Shown here piece after piece: positions 59,072-64,000 of a stretch of 64,000 bases of DNA. This DNA is from Escherichia coli. Its GTDB lineage: Bacteria; Pseudomonadota; Gammaproteobacteria; Enterobacterales; Enterobacteriaceae. A program made the translations under genes and the position numbers. Under the pieces are notes generated by a model. That model saw only the letters and a program-made list of their open reading frames with translations, had not been told where the DNA came from and did no database searches. The stretch lies in the NCBI RefSeq assembly GCF_017348835.2, contig NZ_CP071375.1. One strand, 5' to 3'. Numbering within the stretch: the first letter of the stretch is position 1; the number at the start of each line of letters is the position of its first letter.

Positions 59072-60121
59072 GTGGAATTGTTGTCTGAATATGGTTTGTT
59101 TTTGGCGAAAATCGTTACCGTTGTGCTAGCGATTGCGGCGATTGCCGCCATTATTGTCAATGTTGCTCAACGTAATAAACGCCAGCGTGGCGAGTTACGG
59201 GTCAACAATCTCAGCGAACAGTATAAGGAGATGAAAGAAGAACTGGCCGCGGCGCTGATGGACTCACATCAGCAAAAACAGTGGCACAAAGCGCAGAAGA
59301 AAAAGCATAAGCAAGAAGTGAAAGCAGCAAAAGCGAAAGCCAAACTGGGCGAGGTGGCAACTGACAGTAAACCCCGCGTCTGGGTGCTGGATTTTAAAGG
59401 CAGCATGGACGCCCATGAAGTGAACTCGCTACGTGAAGAGATAACGGCTGTACTCGCAGCATTCAAACCGCAGGATCAGGTTGTGCTACGTCTGGAAAGC
59501 CCTGGTGGCATGGTGCATGGTTACGGGTTGGCGGCTTCGCAGCTGCAGCGTCTGCGTGATAAAAACATTCCTTTAACTGTTACGGTAGACAAAGTCGCTG
59601 CCAGCGGCGGTTACATGATGGCCTGTGTGGCGGACAAAATTGTTTCCGCACCGTTTGCTATTGTGGGTTCCATTGGCGTGGTGGCGCAAATGCCCAACTT
59701 TAACCGCTTCCTGAAAAGCAAAGATATTGATATCGAACTGCACACCGCCGGGCAGTACAAGCGCACGCTGACCTTGCTGGGTGAAAATACCGAAGAAGGG
59801 CGGGAGAAATTCCGCGAAGAGTTGAACGAAACGCATCAGTTATTTAAAGATTTTGTGAAGCGTATGCGTCCGTCTCTGGATATTGAACAGGTGGCAACGG
59901 GGGAACACTGGTACGGACAACAGGCGGTAGAGAAAGGCCTGGTTGATGAAATCAACACCAGTGATGAAGTTATTCTTAGCCTGATGGAAGGCCGTGAAGT
60001 GGTCAATGTACGCTATATGCAGCGTAAACGACTCATTGACCGATTCACCGGCAGCGCGGCAGAGAGCGCCGATCGATTGTTGTTACGCTGGTGGCAGCGG
60101 GGGCAAAAGCCATTGATGTAA
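59072..60121 (+). CDS. sohB: Periplasmic S49-family peptidase SohB, 349 aa
   Basis: Protein and synteny. Confidence 0.9.
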   Translation: MELLSEYGLFLAKIVTVVLAIAAIAAIIVNVAQRNKRQRGELRVNNLSEQYKEMKEELAAALMDSHQQKQWHKAQKKKHKQEVKAAKAKAKLGEVATDSKPRVWVLDFKGSMDAHEVNSLREEITAVLAAFKPQDQVVLRLESPGGMVHGYGLAASQLQRLRDKNIPLTVTVDKVAASGGYMMACVADKIVSAPFAIVGSIGVVAQMPNFNRFLKSKDIDIELHTAGQYKRTLTLLGENTEEGREKFREELNETHQLFKDFVKRMRPSLDIEQVATGEHWYGQQAVEKGLVDEINTSDEVILSLMEGREVVNVRYMQRKRLIDRFTGSAAESADRLLLRWWQRGQKPLM

Positions 60122-60128
60122 AAGACAA

Positions 60129-60158
60129 ACGCGAGGGTAAGACCTCGCGTTTTGCTTT
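60129..60158. terminator. Rho-independent terminator between sohB and yciN
   Basis: ACGCGAGGGTAAGACCTCGCGT + TTTTG. Confidence 0.6.
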
Positions 60159-60408
60159 AATCAACCAGGTGATATTTTTCTGAAAGCACATGGGCCAGGT
60201 GTTTGAACATATTAAACACCGCGGTGCTTTTGGCTGTTGGCAATCCTTGTTCATCTAAAAAGTAGTCGCCGGTAAATACCAGCACGCCATTACGCTGCGT
60301 GACGCCGGTGGCTTCAATCCCTGCGAGCGTATCCTCATGCTCACGAATGATTTTGTTGGCCTCTTTCAACAGCGTTTCGCGGTCGATGGGTTGTGTCTCT
60401 TTGTTCAT
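60157..60408 (-). CDS. yciN: DUF2498 protein YciN, 83 aa
   Basis: Protein and synteny. Confidence 0.85.
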
Positions 60409-60787
60409 TATTTACTCCTTAAACAAGGACATTAGTCTACGCCAGGCATGGCTTGCAGACAAATATACCACGCTGGTGGCAAGAGCGCCTTACTGGCAAC
60501 TTTGGATTTTGCATGCTAATAAAGTTGCGTATCGGATTTTATCAGGTACAGTGTGACGCTTTCGTCAATCTGGCAATAGATTTGCTTGACATTCGACCAA
60601 AATTCCGTCGTGCTATAGCGCCTGTAGGCCAAGACCTGTTAACTCAGTCACCTGAATTTTCGTGAACAGAGTCACGACAAGGGGTTGATATCCGCAGAGA
60701 ACGAGTCCATATCGGTAACTCGTTGCCAGTGGAAGGTTTATCAACGTGCGACGCATTCCTGGAAGAATCAAATTAGGTAAGGTGAAT

Positions 60788-63385
60788 ATGGGTAAAGCTC
60801 TTGTCATCGTTGAGTCCCCGGCAAAAGCCAAAACGATCAACAAGTATCTGGGTAGTGACTACGTGGTTAAATCCAGCGTCGGTCACATCCGCGATTTGCC
60901 GACCAGTGGCTCAGCTGCCAAAAAGAGTGCCGACTCTACCTCCACCAAGACGGCTAAAAAGCCTAAAAAGGATGAACGTGGCGCTCTCGTCAACCGTATG
61001 GGGGTTGACCCGTGGCACAATTGGGAGGCGCACTATGAAGTGTTGCCTGGTAAAGAGAAGGTCGTCTCTGAACTGAAACAACTGGCTGAAAAAGCCGACC
61101 ACATCTATCTCGCAACCGACCTTGACCGCGAAGGGGAAGCCATTGCATGGCACCTGCGGGAAGTTATTGGGGGTGATGATGCGCGCTATAGCCGAGTGGT
61201 GTTTAACGAAATTACTAAAAACGCGATCCGCCAGGCGTTTAACAAACCGGGTGAGCTGAATATTGATCGTGTTAATGCCCAGCAGGCGCGTCGCTTTATG
61301 GACCGCGTGGTGGGGTATATGGTTTCGCCGCTGCTATGGAAAAAGATCGCTCGTGGTCTGTCTGCCGGTCGTGTGCAGTCGGTGGCGGTCCGCCTGGTGG
61401 TCGAGCGTGAGCGTGAAATTAAAGCGTTTGTGCCGGAAGAGTTCTGGGAAGTCGATGCCAGCACGACCACGCCATCTGGTGATGCGTTGGCGTTGCAGGT
61501 GACTCATCAGAACGACAAACCGTTCCGTCCGGTCAACAAAGAACAAACTCAGGCTGCGGTAAGTCTGCTGGAAAAAGCGCGCTACAGCGTGCTGGAACGT
61601 GAAGACAAACCGACAACCAGTAAACCTGGCGCTCCTTTTATTACCTCTACGCTGCAACAAGCTGCCAGCACCCGTCTTGGATTTGGCGTGAAAAAAACCA
61701 TGATGATGGCGCAGCGTTTGTATGAAGCAGGCTATATCACTTACATGCGTACCGACTCCACTAACCTGAGTCAGGACGCGGTAAATATGGTTCGCGGTTA
61801 TATCAGCGATAATTTTGGTAAGAAATATCTGCCGGAAAGTCCGAATCAGTACGCCAGCAAAGAAAACTCACAGGAAGCGCACGAAGCGATTCGTCCTTCT
61901 GACGTCAATGTGATGGCGGAATCGCTGAAGGATATGGAAGCAGATGCGCAGAAACTGTACCAGTTAATCTGGCGTCAGTTCGTTGCCTGCCAGATGACCC
62001 CAGCGAAATATGACTCCACGACGCTGACCGTTGGTGCGGGCGATTTCCGCCTGAAAGCACGCGGTCGTATTTTGCGCTTTGATGGCTGGACGAAAGTGAT
62101 GCCTGCACTGCGTAAAGGCGATGAAGATCGTATCTTACCGGCAGTCGATAAAGGCGATGCTCTGACGCTCGTTGAACTGACACCAGCCCAGCACTTTACC
62201 AAGCCGCCAGCCCGTTTCAGTGAAGCATCGCTGGTTAAAGAACTGGAAAAACGTGGTATCGGTCGTCCGTCTACCTATGCGTCGATCATATCGACCATTC
62301 AGGATCGTGGCTATGTGCGAGTAGAAAATCGTCGTTTCTATGCGGAAAAAATGGGCGAAATCGTCACCGATCGCCTGGAAGAGAATTTCCGCGAGTTAAT
62401 GAACTACGACTTCACCGCGCAGATGGAAAACAGCCTTGACCAGGTGGCAAATCACGAAGCAGAGTGGAAAGCTGTACTGGATCACTTCTTCTCGGATTTC
62501 ACTCAGCAGTTAGATAAAGCTGAAAAAGATCCGGAAGAGGGGGGTATGCGTCCGAACCAGATGGTTCTGACCAGCATCGACTGCCCGACCTGTGGTCGCA
62601 AAATGGGTATTCGCACAGCGAGCACCGGGGTATTCCTTGGCTGTTCTGGCTATGCGCTGCCGCCGAAAGAGCGTTGCAAAACAACCATTAACCTGGTGCC
62701 GGAAAACGAAGTGCTGAACGTGCTGGAAGGCGAAGACGCTGAAACCAACGCGCTGCGCGCAAAACGTCGTTGCCCGAAATGCGGCACGGCGATGGACAGC
62801 TATCTCATCGATCCGAAACGTAAGTTGCATGTCTGTGGTAATAACCCAACCTGCGACGGTTACGAGATCGAAGAGGGCGAATTCCGCATTAAAGGTTATG
62901 ACGGCCCGATCGTTGAGTGTGAAAAATGTGGCTCTGAAATGCACCTGAAAATGGGGCGTTTCGGTAAATACATGGCCTGCACCAACGAAGAGTGTAAAAA
63001 CACACGTAAGATTTTACGTAACGGAGAAGTGGCACCACCGAAAGAAGATCCGGTGCCATTACCTGAGCTGCCGTGCGAAAAATCAGATGCTTATTTCGTG
63101 CTGCGTGACGGCGCTGCGGGTGTTTTCCTGGCTGCCAACACTTTCCCGAAATCGCGTGAAACGCGTGCGCCGCTGGTGGAAGAGCTGTATCGCTTCCGCG
63201 ATCGTCTGCCGGAAAAACTGCGTTATCTGGCCGATGCGCCGCAGCAGGATCCGGAAGGTAATAAGACTATGGTTCGCTTTAGCCGTAAAACCAAACAGCA
63301 ATATGTCTCTTCGGAAAAAGACGGAAAGGCGACTGGCTGGTCAGCATTTTATGTTGATGGCAAATGGGTTGAAGGGAAAAAATAA
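60788..63385 (+). CDS. topA: DNA topoisomerase I, 865 aa
   Basis: Start set at the ATG giving [22 protein letters not shown]; C-terminal Zn-ribbon Cys clusters. Confidence 0.95.
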   Translation: MGKALVIVESPAKAKTINKYLGSDYVVKSSVGHIRDLPTSGSAAKKSADSTSTKTAKKPKKDERGALVNRMGVDPWHNWEAHYEVLPGKEKVVSELKQLAEKADHIYLATDLDREGEAIAWHLREVIGGDDARYSRVVFNEITKNAIRQAFNKPGELNIDRVNAQQARRFMDRVVGYMVSPLLWKKIARGLSAGRVQSVAVRLVVEREREIKAFVPEEFWEVDASTTTPSGDALALQVTHQNDKPFRPVNKEQTQAAVSLLEKARYSVLEREDKPTTSKPGAPFITSTLQQAASTRLGFGVKKTMMMAQRLYEAGYITYMRTDSTNLSQDAVNMVRGYISDNFGKKYLPESPNQYASKENSQEAHEAIRPSDVNVMAESLKDMEADAQKLYQLIWRQFVACQMTPAKYDSTTLTVGAGDFRLKARGRILRFDGWTKVMPALRKGDEDRILPAVDKGDALTLVELTPAQHFTKPPARFSEASLVKELEKRGIGRPSTYASIISTIQDRGYVRVENRRFYAEKMGEIVTDRLEENFRELMNYDFTAQMENSLDQVANHEAEWKAVLDHFFSDFTQQLDKAEKDPEEGGMRPNQMVLTSIDCPTCGRKMGIRTASTGVFLGCSGYALPPKERCKTTINLVPENEVLNVLEGEDAETNALRAKRRCPKCGTAMDSYLIDPKRKLHVCGNNPTCDGYEIEEGEFRIKGYDGPIVECEKCGSEMHLKMGRFGKYMACTNEECKNTRKILRNGEVAPPKEDPVPLPELPCEKSDAYFVLRDGAAGVFLAANTFPKSRETRAPLVEELYRFRDRLPEKLRYLADAPQQDPEGNKTMVRFSRKTKQQYVSSEKDGKATGWSAFYVDGKWVEGKK

Positions 63386-63414
63386 CCTTTAATTCTGTCA
63401 GGTTTTTATAAACA

Positions 63415-63441
63415 AAGGGTCGCGAAAGCGGCCCTTTTTTA
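63415..63441 (+). terminator. Rho-independent terminator after topA
   Basis: GGGTCGCGAAAGCGGCCC + T6. Confidence 0.65.
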
Positions 63442-63570
63442 TTGCATATTATTTTTTCTTCATACCTATACACTAAGGCTATAAATGATATAGTGGTTAT
63501 AGTTAGCACCTTTTTTATTATTAAATCGTATTAGTCACCCGCCAGGTGTGACGAAAAAACGATGTTCTGA

Positions 63571-64000
<430 letters not shown>

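Overview
This window is a conserved Escherichia coli-type chromosomal segment, collinear with the K-12 cha-nar-tyrT-hns-adhE-opp-tonB-trp-topA region, and I could support no undescribed biological system in it. Gene order is ldrC(partial)/rdlC - [IS4] - chaA chaB chaC ychN ychO - narL narX / narK narGHJI - tpr/tyrV/tyrT - purU ychJ rssA rssB galU hns tdk - [IS4] - adhE ychE oppABCDF yciU cls yciY kch yciI tonB yciA yciB yciC ompW yciE yciF yciG trpABCDE-trpL yciV yciO yciQ rluB btuR folM sohB yciN topA cysB(partial). All gene identifications, protein lengths and K-12 comparisons are from recollection of the protein sequences and synteny, not from a database search. The only accessory content is two identical 1426-bp IS4 copies in the same orientation, each with its own 12-bp target-site duplication. 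One sits in the ldrC/rdlC type I toxin-antitoxin locus and the other in the adhE intrinsic terminator, and together they bracket about 23.3 kb of core genes. The single MG1655 IS4 is elsewhere as far as I recall, and TonB here differs from my recollection of K-12 (shorter Lys-Pro repeat, a few substitutions), so this is probably not the MG1655 reference lineage. Many six-frame ORFs lying antisense inside large genes (narG, narH, adhE, topA, trp genes) are treated as spurious. Several ORF-track starts are upstream extensions at GTG/TTG codons and were trimmed to the start that matches the known protein N-terminus.
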